IMG/VR virus record: IMGVR_UViG_3300021400_000063
DNA length: 64,000 nucleotides
Strand: one strand, 5' to 3'
Origin: a virus
Taxonomy: Duplodnaviria > Caudoviricetes
Shown here: one piece after another, positions 1-11,107 of the stretch
How positions within the stretch are numbered: the first letter of the stretch is position 1
Layout: each line of letters begins with the position of its first letter
The notes under the pieces: generated by a model
Told to the model about the DNA's origin: nothing
The model's input: the letters and a program-made list of their open reading frames with translations, nothing else
The model's database searches: none
Position numbers and translations under genes: made by a program

Positions 1-1484
1 TTTGTGTATTTCTTATCTTTTACAACTTTCTTAAAGTTTTCATTTACGAGTGTTTCACCTTTATGATCCACTGTAAGATCATCAACTTCACCATCAGAAT
101 ATTCATCATTCTTAATTTCAAGTTCGTCAATGAAAATAAATTCAGTTTCTTTTGTAAAATATTCTTTACCAGGTTCAAATTCTTTAAGATCATCACATTC
201 AATATAAGTAATAACTTTATTAGAATTATCTGTAGTAGTTTCAACATGTTTTGTATAATATATTACATCAGGTTCAAACTCAGTAAGCTCACTATATTCT
301 CTATAAACTATAGTATCAGTTTCATCTACAGATTTAACATAATAAACTTCACCAGCAATAGGTGTAGGAGTTTCATCTTTATTTACAATTGTGTAAACTA
401 TATTTGTTTCAGTATTACGATCGTCGTCATAATCATCAATACTCTTAACATAATATATTTTGTTAGGATCAACTTTTTCAGTTGGATCTACAGCATGGAA
501 TGCCCAATAATTACCATGATCTGAAGGGAAAGCAGCATTTGTATCAAAAATAAATTTACCAACAAATACACCAGAAAGTTCAAAATTATAAACTTTAGAA
601 ACATCTTCAGAATCAGAAGTTAATGTAAATACATATCTCCAAATATTAGAAGCTGTAATATATTTATAAATATTAATTTTGATTCCGTAATTACAAAGTT
701 TAAAATGTTCTTCTTTTGTAATATGGAATTCTCCATTATCAAGAATAACATTGAAGTTATAATATAAATCTCCATTCTGGAGTTTCATATTAAAAATCAT
801 ATTATCTGGTTCGGGGCATTCTACTTCAAATGCAATGAGTTCTGTACCAGGACGTTCAAACATAAGATTTATATTTCTTGTATAGTTTGCAACGTTTGGA
901 TTAAGACGCATAATTTCATCACTATTTAATTTAACAGAATTCTGTTTCATAAAATCAGTTTCATCGTTTTCTTTTTCTTCAAGAATAGAAGCTTGAGCGG
1001 AATTACCGAAAATAGATGAGATTTTATTATCAAGTGATGTTTTAAGATTTAAGAAAATATTCTGAAATTCATTTTTCCATTGATCGCTTTCAGCATCATT
1101 TCCAAGATATTTAACAAATTCATTATAATATTTTTCAAGATCAGTAATAAGATTATCAATAGATGCTGAACCCTGATCAGGTATGATAGTATTACCAGAA
1201 CTATTATCATCACCAAATTTATCGGAAGTTGTTGATTTAAGACCTACAACATTACCATCCGCATCAAACTCGATAGCATCGGCAAGATTGTATTCTATTT
1301 CTTTTAATTTATAAGCAATTGAGTTAACATCTGATGATTCAGATGTATTTATCGAACTTATTTTCTTAACAATTTCGTTAAGTTTTTCATCAAACTCTTT
1401 AAGCTCTGTGAGTGGTATAAAATCGAAATCACGAGTTTCCTGATTAATGGTTGATAACGGTGGCAAATGATTTTCGTAAGCCAT
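1..1484 (-). CDS. Partial hypothetical (probably virion/tail) protein, runs off window start
   Basis: Not in the ORF track. ATG at 1484 with AAGGAG RBS; frame open to the window start (MAYENHLPPLSTINQET...); repeated FEP/VDPxxxYYxK-type motifs; late-type promoter AACA-N6-TA at ~1542-1553. Confidence 0.75.
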   Translation of the reverse strand, partial: MAYENHLPPLSTINQETRDFDFIPLTELKEFDEKLNEIVKKISSINTSESSDVNSIAYKLKEIEYNLADAIEFDADGNVVGLKSTTSDKFGDDNSSGNTIIPDQGSASIDNLITDLEKYYNEFVKYLGNDAESDQWKNEFQNIFLNLKTSLDNKISSIFGNSAQASILEEKENDETDFMKQNSVKLNSDEIMRLNPNVANYTRNINLMFERPGTELIAFEVECPEPDNMIFNMKLQNGDLYYNFNVILDNGEFHITKEEHFKLCNYGIKINIYKYITASNIWRYVFTLTSDSEDVSKVYNFELSGVFVGKFIFDTNAAFPSDHGNYWAFHAVDPTEKVDPNKIYYVKSIDDYDDDRNTETNIVYTIVNKDETPTPIAGEVYYVKSVDETDTIVYREYSELTEFEPDVIYYTKHVETTTDNSNKVITYIECDDLKEFEPGKEYFTKETEFIFIDELEIKNDEYSDGEVDDLTVDHKGETLVNENFKKVVKDKKYT

Positions 1485-1604
1485 AATTTATCTCCTTAAT
1501 TTATTTTAAAGGTATAATTTCTTTATATCCAATATAAGGTTATATAGTAATGTTTTCTAGTCAATAATAAATATACCAGGGATTAACCCTGGTATATTCT
1601 TAAT

Positions 1605-3476
1605 TTAAACATGATCTTGCAATTTGTGGTCACCAGCATAAATACTAATTTTACCAGCATTTAATTGATCGGTAGTTATATAGTAATTTTGAAGTCTATC
1701 AAACTTTTTAAGATCTTTACATTTAATATAACTATCAGAATTACGATCATAAATATAAAAATCTAATTTAGGATTAGGTACCAAAATATTATCGATATCT
1801 ATTAAAACGTATTCACCATTAATAAAAATAAATAATTCCATATTTCTATTATTTAAAATTTGATTAGGAGATACTTTATAATATTTAAATTCACCATGTT
1901 CATAAAGTCTTGTATAATATTCAAATTCAGTATCTATTGTTAAGAAATTATCAGGCATAGCTCTTATAAATTCTTTAACTTCTCCACGATCAGGATCATA
2001 AGATTTGTCTATAATCATATTGATCGTACCTATACCACTACGATTAGTATCTACTATAAAATCATTTAATGGAGGTTTATAATTAGGTTCATCAGTATTT
2101 ATTCCTAACTTTTTTAGAAAATCCTTCATCCTATCAATTATATTAGCATAAAGATGTCTGTTTACAAAAACATCAATATAGTATGGTACAGTTAAATCAC
2201 AATTAATAATATGGAAATTAAAATTCTTATCAATAGAACATTCATGTTTATCTAGTGGCGTATCATCCTTATAAACAACAACCTTAAATAAATCATCGAA
2301 TTCTTTTTGTGTTTTTACTGTAGACAAAACAGCTTTCATTACAGCATAATGTGACGGTGTTTCTTCTTTAGTTATAATATCATCAAGAATATTAAAATCT
2401 TCAACTTTAGCACTCATCATTATTTCACGTTCAAAATAAAAATGTTGATAATAATCACCATCTACAGGGGCTAATCGTCTATTATCTTTAAAAACTTCTT
2501 TAAACTTCATTATATGATAATAATTATTTCTATCAGTTTCTGAAGAAGTTTTCATCATCCAATTATTCTTAGTACCTCTAATAATAGCTGGGACAGATGT
2601 TATAAATCCAATAGGATTACCATATTCAATCCATCCGTTTAGATTAACATTGAAATTAGTCCAAGCATTTCCTTTTTTAGTACCTTCATCAGCATCATAT
2701 TTATCAAAATGAATTGTAACTCTTTGAGTTTGCCAATAACCAAATACGTAATCATGGTTATCATTTTTAGGATCCAATAATTTATAAGGTTTAATATGGT
2801 TTTCAGAAAATTTGTACATGTGTTCTGTGAACATAAGATTTATTTTCTGTTGATATTCTAACTTTTCTTTTGAATCCGCTTTCATTTTACCCAAAACATT
2901 TATTTCAGATTTGAATATGGAAGCTCTTAAATATTCCATCATCAATCTGTGCATAGGAATAAATGTTTTTATTTCTACAACACTAACATAATTCATTTTA
3001 AGATTCGAATCTAAATAATTACAACAAGCTAATTGATCATCTTTAGAATCAAAAGTCATGTTTATATCGAATGTGTTTCGGATCGTTCGTTCATTAAGTG
3101 CTATGATAACTCCATAAGGATCGTAAAGAATAGGTCTATAACCTGTAAGATCTGTATCTATAGCAAATGCTCCAGGTTGCTGATTTACATTCCAAATATC
3201 ACCACCAAATGGATCTACAGTATTATTAGGTCCATGTTTTATATTAAATCTCATCGATGGATTATTTATCTTTTTACCAGTTTCTATTTTAATCAAATCG
3301 CCTTCAGGATTAATATTATAATTTCCTGATGAACCAGTTTGATTATCCATATACATATTGGTAAAAAAGTTTCTAGGAAAATGATTTAAAAAATAAAATA
3401 AAATACCTTTATCTATACAATCTGTTAATTTCTTATTATTGAGGGAGGGAAAATTACCCAATCGTACTGTTCCCAT
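1605..3476 (-). CDS. Hypothetical protein, probably virion structural
   Basis: 623-aa ORF, GGAGG RBS, late-type promoter GACA-N6-TA upstream. Confidence 0.7.
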   Translation of the reverse strand: MGTVRLGNFPSLNNKKLTDCIDKGILFYFLNHFPRNFFTNMYMDNQTGSSGNYNINPEGDLIKIETGKKINNPSMRFNIKHGPNNTVDPFGGDIWNVNQQPGAFAIDTDLTGYRPILYDPYGVIIALNERTIRNTFDINMTFDSKDDQLACCNYLDSNLKMNYVSVVEIKTFIPMHRLMMEYLRASIFKSEINVLGKMKADSKEKLEYQQKINLMFTEHMYKFSENHIKPYKLLDPKNDNHDYVFGYWQTQRVTIHFDKYDADEGTKKGNAWTNFNVNLNGWIEYGNPIGFITSVPAIIRGTKNNWMMKTSSETDRNNYYHIMKFKEVFKDNRRLAPVDGDYYQHFYFEREIMMSAKVEDFNILDDIITKEETPSHYAVMKAVLSTVKTQKEFDDLFKVVVYKDDTPLDKHECSIDKNFNFHIINCDLTVPYYIDVFVNRHLYANIIDRMKDFLKKLGINTDEPNYKPPLNDFIVDTNRSGIGTINMIIDKSYDPDRGEVKEFIRAMPDNFLTIDTEFEYYTRLYEHGEFKYYKVSPNQILNNRNMELFIFINGEYVLIDIDNILVPNPKLDFYIYDRNSDSYIKCKDLKKFDRLQNYYITTDQLNAGKISIYAGDHKLQDHV

Positions 3477-3559
3477 AACAGTAAATCCTCCTTTAAATTA
3501 TATAAAAATGTCGAAGATGAAAAAAAAGAAAGGAGTTACTACAACTCCTTTCTTTAAAA

Positions 3560-4294
3560 CTAACATTCTGGCGATGCAAGATCTAAAAAGTTCACACGTG
3601 TTTGAAAATTTTTATCATATTTAAGAATATTCTTTACAACTTTTTCTATTTTTTCATCAGTATTCCATTTCTTTGATAAAGCTGGAATTGATTTAATTGT
3701 TGTTATATAAGAATTCTTAAAAGTATCATACAATAAATTTACACATTCTTTTATTGAAATTTTCATAGAAACGAATGATGCTATATCGGCTGCACATTCT
3801 TTTTCAATAGATGAATTGATTTTCTTTGAGAAAATATCCTCACCAACGAAATCACCATTTGCGATATGACCGAGTTCGTGACCAACACAGAATTGACTTA
3901 ATTTCTTATCGTTACAAAATGAAGAAGGTATAAGGATTAAAAACCCTGCCAAACTATGATTCAAATTATTAATCACTGGACATACTATTGGTGATATAAT
4001 ACCTAATTCATAAAGTACGGGTATGTATTTACCTAAAAATAGTAATTCTTCATCGGTGATATGTTCAATCCATACAGGATATTCTTTTCCAGTTTCGTCT
4101 CCTCTACAAGATGTTTTAATATCCATAGTTTGTTCACCATTCATAATATATTTATTTGAATTGGCTAAAATTTTGGATAAAATTTCAAAACTTTTATCCT
4201 GATATTTAACACTATTCGCATAAAAACTAACTTTAAATGCGTACATAAAATTGATTGTAAATTTATCAATCTTAGCTTTAATTTTATTAAACAT
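3560..4294 (-). CDS. HExxH zinc-metallopeptidase-like protein
   Basis: GHELGH motif followed by ECAAD; GGGGG RBS favours start 4294; early promoter upstream. Confidence 0.65.
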   Translation of the reverse strand: MFNKIKAKIDKFTINFMYAFKVSFYANSVKYQDKSFEILSKILANSNKYIMNGEQTMDIKTSCRGDETGKEYPVWIEHITDEELLFLGKYIPVLYELGIISPIVCPVINNLNHSLAGFLILIPSSFCNDKKLSQFCVGHELGHIANGDFVGEDIFSKKINSSIEKECAADIASFVSMKISIKECVNLLYDTFKNSYITTIKSIPALSKKWNTDEKIEKVVKNILKYDKNFQTRVNFLDLASPEC

Positions 4295-4384
4295 ATAATT
4301 TACCCCCATATAGTTTAATCTTACATTAATATAATATATAATATAATTTGTTTATAAAAAAAGAAGGGAGATTATTCTCCCTTC

Positions 4385-4651
4385 TATATTTAATAAATGT
4401 ATATGTAACAATTATGTATATATACATTTATTTGTAACTGGATTAATCCCAGTTTCTTTAATGAACTGATCCCTAGTCAACTGTTTGGTGTCAACTAAAG
4501 GGAATTTAGTTCCATGATATTCGAACGGTACACTAAAATAATAAGTGTACATTTGGTTATCATTCATAGTTTTCACCTCCTTGGTAAAAGCTATATTTAG
4601 AGAGGGGTGCTACAACACCCCTCTCTATCTTTTATCCATAATTATAATATA
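4385..4651 (-). repeat. ~270-bp duplicated cassette, copy 1 (promoter, leader hairpin, 51-aa ORF, 3' hairpin)
   Basis: Near-identical to 26559-26827. Confidence 0.95.
4412..4567 (-). CDS. 51-aa small protein, copy 1 (MNDNQMYTYYFSVPFEYHGTKFPLVDTKQLTRDQFIKETGINPVTNKCIYT)
   Basis: GGAGGTG RBS; reading frame conserved with the copy at 26588-26743. Confidence 0.8.
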   Translation of the reverse strand: MNDNQMYTYYFSVPFEYHGTKFPLVDTKQLTRDQFIKETGINPVTNKCIYT

Positions 4652-4692
4652 TAAAAAATAAGAGTAGACCACAAAGGTCTACTCTTAATATA

Positions 4693-7600
4693 TTATTTAT
4701 TTATTTTAACTTTTCGTTTAGATTCAGGAATATCTTCACCAATTTCTTTTAAGAAATCTCTAGCAGTTTTCTTAGTAAATTTATAAAGAATAGTTCCTAA
4801 GAATTGATACCAAATACTTTCAATCATACGAGCATTGATAGAAATCCAACTGAAAATACCATCGAGTTTGTTACCACTTTCTGTATATGGTTCTTTACCC
4901 TTTGGTACAACTGTTGAGTTAATAGTTTTAAGAGATGAATTCAATGCGATTTTATCTCCGGTACCCATTTGATCTTCATGCCCAATATAATATTCAATAA
5001 CAATACCTTCAAGACCGACTAATGCTCCATTAATACGAGGATCAGTTTTATCTTTATTTACAGTTGTAACTTCTATAGTTTTTCGTTTTTCAGAAGTTTT
5101 ACCGGTAAATTTTTCTTCATCAATAATTTCACGTTTATGAGTCTTAATATATTCGTTAACAAATTTAGCCACGGTAGGAGACATTTTATCAATTGGACAA
5201 GTCCAATAAACTTTCATGTCTTTTATAACGCCTGTTAAATTAGCTTTAGGAGTTTTATGAATCATACCAGCTAATACATTAGAATCAATTCCTTGGAATA
5301 AATCGTTAAGAATATCTTCTTCAGCATCATCAGATGTAGAATCATTAAGTGCTCCAGTATCATCAAATACAAAAATAGGATCTCCCAACATTACATGGTC
5401 TCCAACTTTTTTATAATCAATGATTGTAGCTTCATTAGCATTTGTAATAGAAATTTGCTTACACTTAGTAAAATTCATCGTCAATTTCTCAGAAAATTCC
5501 TGAGTAATTAAGTCAGCATCATCTTCTGTATAAGCACCTTCCATAATTGCTACCATAGCGTTTGCAGTCTGAGTATATATTAACTCACCGGTAATAGGAT
5601 CTACTTTAAAGAATCGTTTATCAGCAACAATTACATCACCAGCTTTAACTTTTGCACCTTCTTTAACAAAGCAATTATATACGGCTTCATTAAATGCATC
5701 TGAATTTTTAAGTAACATATTATTAAAATCTAAAACTTCTTTAGATCCGTCTTTATATGTTATATAAACTTTCTTTCCAACTTCATCAACTTGTGTAATA
5801 GTTCCGTCTTGCTTAGCACATTTAACGAAATTTTCACCACACTGATACTGAATAGTTCTTTCAACACCAGTACGTACACAAGGTAATGATGAACCTAATA
5901 AACCACCGACATGGTTATTCTGTCCAGAAACGAATGCAATACGAGAAGGGTCATCCTTAGTATTAACGAATGGAGTCAATGCTTCTGCAATCGTACCAAT
6001 ATCATTCAAACTAAAATTATTCTTATCTTGAGGTTCAATGAATCCAAGAGTGTTAGAAATTTTAGGATTAAGTGTTAATTCTTTAACAATACCAGCATTT
6101 GAGTTATCTGGTGTAGAAACTCCGAAAGTTCCAAAATAACTAGGATCGTAAGCACGTTTCTTTGTAGTAAACGCCTGTTCCATCTTAGTTCCACCAGGAC
6201 CTTTAAATGTTGTTAATCCCATATTACGAATTTCTGCAACAGGATTCAAACAATCGTAATTTTCAAGAATTTCAGTACTGTAAACTTTAGACATTACAGA
6301 ATCGATTGGAATAGTCATTGTAACTTTTTTTCCAGATCTTTTCTTGAAAGTTGTATATTGATCGTTTAATACTTGATACAAACATTGTGAGATTATTTCA
6401 TTAGAACGAATACGATAATTAGTAATATCAGATTCAGATTTAACCTGATTATCTACAAGTAAATCGTTACAGTATAAGAAAAGCTCACATAAATCTGTAG
6501 GAAGACCAAGCTCTTCAAGAATCTGAAGAGTTTTCATGTCTAACATAGATTCACGAGCTGTAACCCAACCCTTTACAATGTTACGTGTACCATATTTTTC
6601 TTGTGTAAAATCAATATATAAACCAGGATTGTTAAGATCTTCATAATTATATTGCTCAGTACTCATTTGAGTTAAACCATTTAATAAAATGGTTCCATTA
6701 ATAGGATACTGATTATAATATAAGAATCCATTTGCAAATCTTACACAAAGTTTATTAGTATTAACTTTACGTTTTTCACTAAATTCTATTTCGTTTTCAG
6801 GGAAATATGAAATAACTCTATCCCAACCAAATAAATATCCTAAAAGAGAAATCAAAGGAACTTTCTTACTCTGAATTTCAATCATAGAACAAATTCTACG
6901 TTTAGGAACTTTTACTTTTTCTATGAATTCAGAAATTCCAGAATCATTAAGTGTATTTTGTAAAATCATAATAATTGTACTAGATACAGATCCATCCTTT
7001 CTCACATCAATAGAATAAAGAGATTTAGTTGTATAGTTAATTGCTATAGGAAGAATATATGGTGGAAGAACATTATCTTTAAATCCTGTATTAATATTGT
7101 GTTCTTTAATTTTTTCTCTAATAACACTCTGATCAAAATAAACAATAACATGTTCACCATATTCTGATCCATCATTAATATTAAAGTAGAAATATTTATC
7201 AGCCAAAATATCATATTCGATAGTAGTAATATAATCTACATTATTTTTAGAACAATCACCACGTTCGATACGAATGTTAGGATTATCGACAAAATATTCT
7301 GTTACTAATCTTCTTACAACTTCAGATACTTTATTAAGAGTATAGCCGTTACGCATAACCTGATAAGAGTTGAGTTGAGTAGTGATATAAACTTTATCGG
7401 AACCAATTTTTACAACAGGTTTACGAATAAGCTGATTTTTAAGATATTTAGTACGTCCTTGGATTTTCATAAATCCATTTTCATCAAGTTTAGGAACATT
7501 GAATTTCAATTCATGTTTCTTTTTAAATTGATCTTCGAGTGTAAAATGATAAGTTAATCTATCGTTAAATTGATCGGATGTATCATCTACTTTAATATTT

Positions 7601-9756
7601 GTAATATAAAGTGGTACATCTTTATTTACAGAAAGAGAACGTACAGCATTAATAATATCAGGTTGATAATTATTTTTAACGTAAGATTTTTGGAAATCCA
7701 TAGCATTAAGTTTTGTTACATTTGGATCCTTTGTTCTAGGTTTCTTTGAACCGAAATCAACAGAAGATTCAATGTTTATTTTCTTAGCATTTCCAATAAT
7801 ATCTGTAACAGCTTTTCCATCAATCTTAAGAGATTTATATTTATCTTTTAAGATTTCTATACGTTTTATATCAGCTGCAGAAAGATTAGACATACGTTTA
7901 TTAGGATCGATATAATTTACGTCGACATTCTTAATAGTTTTAGCTTTAAGAATTTCAACATCATCATCTTCATATTCTTCAACTACTTCATCATCAGGTT
8001 CATTGAATTCATATTCCATCAAATCGATGTCATCTTCAAAATCATTATCAGAAGCAATTTCATTTGAATTTCCAACTCCTACTGGATCATTTTCCAATTC
8101 ATCCAAAGCTTCTTCAACAACATTATCAGATTCTAACTGTTCTTCTTCTTCATTTATTTCTTCTTCATCATCATATTCATCACCATTGAGTTCTTCTTCA
8201 TCGAATTCGTCAACAGCATCAAACATATCATTTATATCTGAATCAGATAATTCTGTAGTTCCTTCTTCATCAACTTCAGGTTCTTTACTAGCAGAACTAG
8301 GTTTACCAAATACATTAGTAAGTTTTGTTAATTCAGCCATAGCTGTTTTGCTCTCTGCAACATTTTCAGGAGTAATAATGAGATGAGATTTATTTTCAGG
8401 AACTTCTTCAGAAGGTTTATCAGATGCTACTATTTCATCAGACGTTTTACTCTTAATGAGAGTTCTAATAGCAAGATCAGAATCTAATACAGATTTTACA
8501 TCTTCTTTCAATCCTGATTTTAATACATCTTTAGTATCTGAAGTAATAGATGAAGTAAGTTGAGAAAATTCCTTTTCTATATCTGCGTCATCCAATTTAT
8601 CAAGATCGGATTCTGTTACAACACCAGTATTACACATAGTAATAAGATTCAAACGTAACACTAACATAGCGTAAAAACGCATAGGATTATATTTGAGTCC
8701 ATTTTTAATTTCATTAAAATTCAAACAGAATCCTAAACCAGTATTACCATAAATATGGAATGTAACATTATGTTTACATATTTCAACAATGTATTCAGAT
8801 GTAGAAGAATTTAAAGGTTCGCCATAATAATAACAATATGCTTCATAAATAAATTGGATAAATGTAATTTGATAGATTAATGAAGGGTCTAATTTCACAT
8901 TACGTGGTAATGGAACTTTCTGAAACATAAATGCTTTAGTAAGATATTTCTTAGTAGTAAGTTTATAATTAAATGAAACAATAAATTTATCAAATCCATA
9001 AGCACTTAAACCTAAACCCTGTCCACCCATAGCAAAAGTTTTTGTTTCTTTTGTAAGATGCTCATTAAATGCTTCATCTGACATTTCCATTTCAGCTTTA
9101 AGATCTTCAAATTCATTATTTGACATTTCTACGAATGGTTCTTTTAATTTATCATCAGGATTATCAATATAACTGAATCCTGAAGGAATTGTTTTAGTTT
9201 CAAAGTCAGGTCTATCTCCTAAATCTTCCTCAGATTCTTCAATATCATTTTTCTTATCATGTTTAGGATTACTAAAAAGAATATAACAAATAAGTTCAGG
9301 ATAAATATTCTGAAGATAATTAATTACACTAGGTTTCATCATTATAGTTCTATCTTCTGGAACTAATAATTTAAAAATATCAGTATAATCTATTACCAAA
9401 TTCTTTCTATTAAATATACGATTTCCTATACGTCCACTAAGTTGTAATCTTGATTTAACAAACCGTTCACGTTCTTTAGAATCGATATATTCTCTAACAA
9501 CTGGTTTCGGATAAAGAACAGATCTCCAAATATAACGTTTAAGAAAGAAATAATTAAAGAATGATTTCTTTATTCCAACTGGTCCTAAAAGAGTAGTTAA
9601 AGCTTTAACAATATCTTCTTTATCGTCAACAATTGGAAGGAATAAAATGTTATCACGTTTCTTAGTATAAGTAGACATCGGCTTAAATGTACCCGATTGT
9701 GTTTTAGGTCTCATTAATCTAAACGATTTCGCTGTGTCTGTAAGTATATCATTCAT
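4693..9756 (-). CDS. rpoB: Phage multisubunit RNA polymerase beta-like subunit with long, partly acidic N-terminal extension (probably virion RNAP)
   Basis: Beta-family motifs TTFKGPGG, RAYDPSYFG..STPDNSNAG, EDD, GDKI..LKT, PYTESG, SINARM; late-type promoter upstream. Confidence 0.88.
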   Translation of the reverse strand: MNDILTDTAKSFRLMRPKTQSGTFKPMSTYTKKRDNILFLPIVDDKEDIVKALTTLLGPVGIKKSFFNYFFLKRYIWRSVLYPKPVVREYIDSKERERFVKSRLQLSGRIGNRIFNRKNLVIDYTDIFKLLVPEDRTIMMKPSVINYLQNIYPELICYILFSNPKHDKKNDIEESEEDLGDRPDFETKTIPSGFSYIDNPDDKLKEPFVEMSNNEFEDLKAEMEMSDEAFNEHLTKETKTFAMGGQGLGLSAYGFDKFIVSFNYKLTTKKYLTKAFMFQKVPLPRNVKLDPSLIYQITFIQFIYEAYCYYYGEPLNSSTSEYIVEICKHNVTFHIYGNTGLGFCLNFNEIKNGLKYNPMRFYAMLVLRLNLITMCNTGVVTESDLDKLDDADIEKEFSQLTSSITSDTKDVLKSGLKEDVKSVLDSDLAIRTLIKSKTSDEIVASDKPSEEVPENKSHLIITPENVAESKTAMAELTKLTNVFGKPSSASKEPEVDEEGTTELSDSDINDMFDAVDEFDEEELNGDEYDDEEEINEEEEQLESDNVVEEALDELENDPVGVGNSNEIASDNDFEDDIDLMEYEFNEPDDEVVEEYEDDDVEILKAKTIKNVDVNYIDPNKRMSNLSAADIKRIEILKDKYKSLKIDGKAVTDIIGNAKKINIESSVDFGSKKPRTKDPNVTKLNAMDFQKSYVKNNYQPDIINAVRSLSVNKDVPLYITNIKVDDTSDQFNDRLTYHFTLEDQFKKKHELKFNVPKLDENGFMKIQGRTKYLKNQLIRKPVVKIGSDKVYITTQLNSYQVMRNGYTLNKVSEVVRRLVTEYFVDNPNIRIERGDCSKNNVDYITTIEYDILADKYFYFNINDGSEYGEHVIVYFDQSVIREKIKEHNINTGFKDNVLPPYILPIAINYTTKSLYSIDVRKDGSVSSTIIMILQNTLNDSGISEFIEKVKVPKRRICSMIEIQSKKVPLISLLGYLFGWDRVISYFPENEIEFSEKRKVNTNKLCVRFANGFLYYNQYPINGTILLNGLTQMSTEQYNYEDLNNPGLYIDFTQEKYGTRNIVKGWVTARESMLDMKTLQILEELGLPTDLCELFLYCNDLLVDNQVKSESDITNYRIRSNEIISQCLYQVLNDQYTTFKKRSGKKVTMTIPIDSVMSKVYSTEILENYDCLNPVAEIRNMGLTTFKGPGGTKMEQAFTTKKRAYDPSYFGTFGVSTPDNSNAGIVKELTLNPKISNTLGFIEPQDKNNFSLNDIGTIAEALTPFVNTKDDPSRIAFVSGQNNHVGGLLGSSLPCVRTGVERTIQYQCGENFVKCAKQDGTITQVDEVGKKVYITYKDGSKEVLDFNNMLLKNSDAFNEAVYNCFVKEGAKVKAGDVIVADKRFFKVDPITGELIYTQTANAMVAIMEGAYTEDDADLITQEFSEKLTMNFTKCKQISITNANEATIIDYKKVGDHVMLGDPIFVFDDTGALNDSTSDDAEEDILNDLFQGIDSNVLAGMIHKTPKANLTGVIKDMKVYWTCPIDKMSPTVAKFVNEYIKTHKREIIDEEKFTGKTSEKRKTIEVTTVNKDKTDPRINGALVGLEGIVIEYYIGHEDQMGTGDKIALNSSLKTINSTVVPKGKEPYTESGNKLDGIFSWISINARMIESIWYQFLGTILYKFTKKTARDFLKEIGEDIPESKRKVKINK

Positions 9757-9851
9757 AGGAATACTCCTTTTTAATACTTTAGGTATATTAGTTTGTCGAC
9801 TATCATAAAAATAAAAAAAGAAAGGTGGGTAGTTATCTCACAATTTCTTTT

Positions 9852-10202
9852 TTAGATCCGAGATTTCAGAGCTTCAAAAATATATTTATATTTCTGATAC
9901 TCATTTCCATACATTTCAGTTTGAATTTGTATCTCAGTTTTAGCAACTTCGTTAATCTTTGTCATAAGATTAACAATGGCCTCATAAACATCCAATCTTA
10001 TCGAATAGATGTTTTCTAAATCCGACATATTACAATCGATTTTGCCATCTTTAACCATCTTGATAACATCTTCAACATTATCGAGATGGCTCTGTATTCC
10101 TTCTACAAGACCATTCATCAAATTTTGTGATGTCTTGACCCAGTTTGTATTGGAATCAGCTAAACTCTTAACTCCACCAAATACATTATTTACGTCTGCC
10201 AT
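9852..10202 (-). CDS. Hypothetical protein
   Basis: 116-aa ORF with GGAGG RBS and early promoter. Confidence 0.7.
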   Translation of the reverse strand: MADVNNVFGGVKSLADSNTNWVKTSQNLMNGLVEGIQSHLDNVEDVIKMVKDGKIDCNMSDLENIYSIRLDVYEAIVNLMTKINEVAKTEIQIQTEMYGNEYQKYKYIFEALKSRI

Positions 10203-10306
10203 ATTTCTTACCTCCTCATATAGCTATTACTATAATATACAAAAATAAACAATTTGTTTACAAAATAATAATTAGGAGGGAACTAAATCCCTCCTAATTT
10301 AATCAA

Positions 10307-11107
10307 TTAAACACCTAAATGTTCTGCTCTAATAAATCTATGAGTCATTTTGAAATTGGAATTGTTTAATGGTTTGAAATCAGATACACATTTATTAAAT
10401 GGTATCCAAACATCATTACCAGATAAACCTTTTCCATACTCATAAGTTTTACCATAAGGATCATCGACTATCAGATAAGAAGGTTCCTGACATTTTCCTG
10501 GTTCGTTCTGATCTTCTAAATGATCATAAGCTACACCAACTACAAGAACCATATGATTCAAATTACTAAATAATCCTGATACACCTACAGGTGTTCCATT
10601 GTAGATAATATCTTCAATAATATTTTCCCAAGGAGTATGCATACTAAAATAAGTAACAGCTCCAATATCTAAGAATTTATTAGCAGACCAATTTAATAAA
10701 TTGTGTAATTCATTAGGACATACCGCATCTTTATCATTACCTGCTTTAAATATTTTATAATAATTAGGAAAACGTTTTTTGAAATATTTATCCATTTCTG
10801 GATCTTCAAAAATATATTTAGCTAATTTATCTGGTAATCTTGTTAATTCTGGATATTTAGCATTATATTCTGCTGATAAACGTTTTTCATATCCAGAATA
10901 AATCAATCCCATAGCCATCATGTGTACATTACAGAATGTATAAGCATTACTCTTAATATTTTTATTTATGAAACTATATTTCGATTTCAGCTGAGAATAA
11001 TTATCAAATCCGTCTGAAACATTGTAAACCCAATAATTTTTACCATTTGCCAATTCAACTAGTTTTGGCAACTTATAAGGTTCGATATCTAAGACGTTAT
11101 TGTTCAT
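10307..11107 (-). CDS. C39-like cysteine peptidase (possible endolysin)
   Basis: Cys (FCNVH), His (NHMVLVVG) and DDPYG motifs in papain-like order. Confidence 0.7.
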   Translation of the reverse strand: MNNNVLDIEPYKLPKLVELANGKNYWVYNVSDGFDNYSQLKSKYSFINKNIKSNAYTFCNVHMMAMGLIYSGYEKRLSAEYNAKYPELTRLPDKLAKYIFEDPEMDKYFKKRFPNYYKIFKAGNDKDAVCPNELHNLLNWSANKFLDIGAVTYFSMHTPWENIIEDIIYNGTPVGVSGLFSNLNHMVLVVGVAYDHLEDQNEPGKCQEPSYLIVDDPYGKTYEYGKGLSGNDVWIPFNKCVSDFKPLNNSNFKMTHRFIRAEHLGV

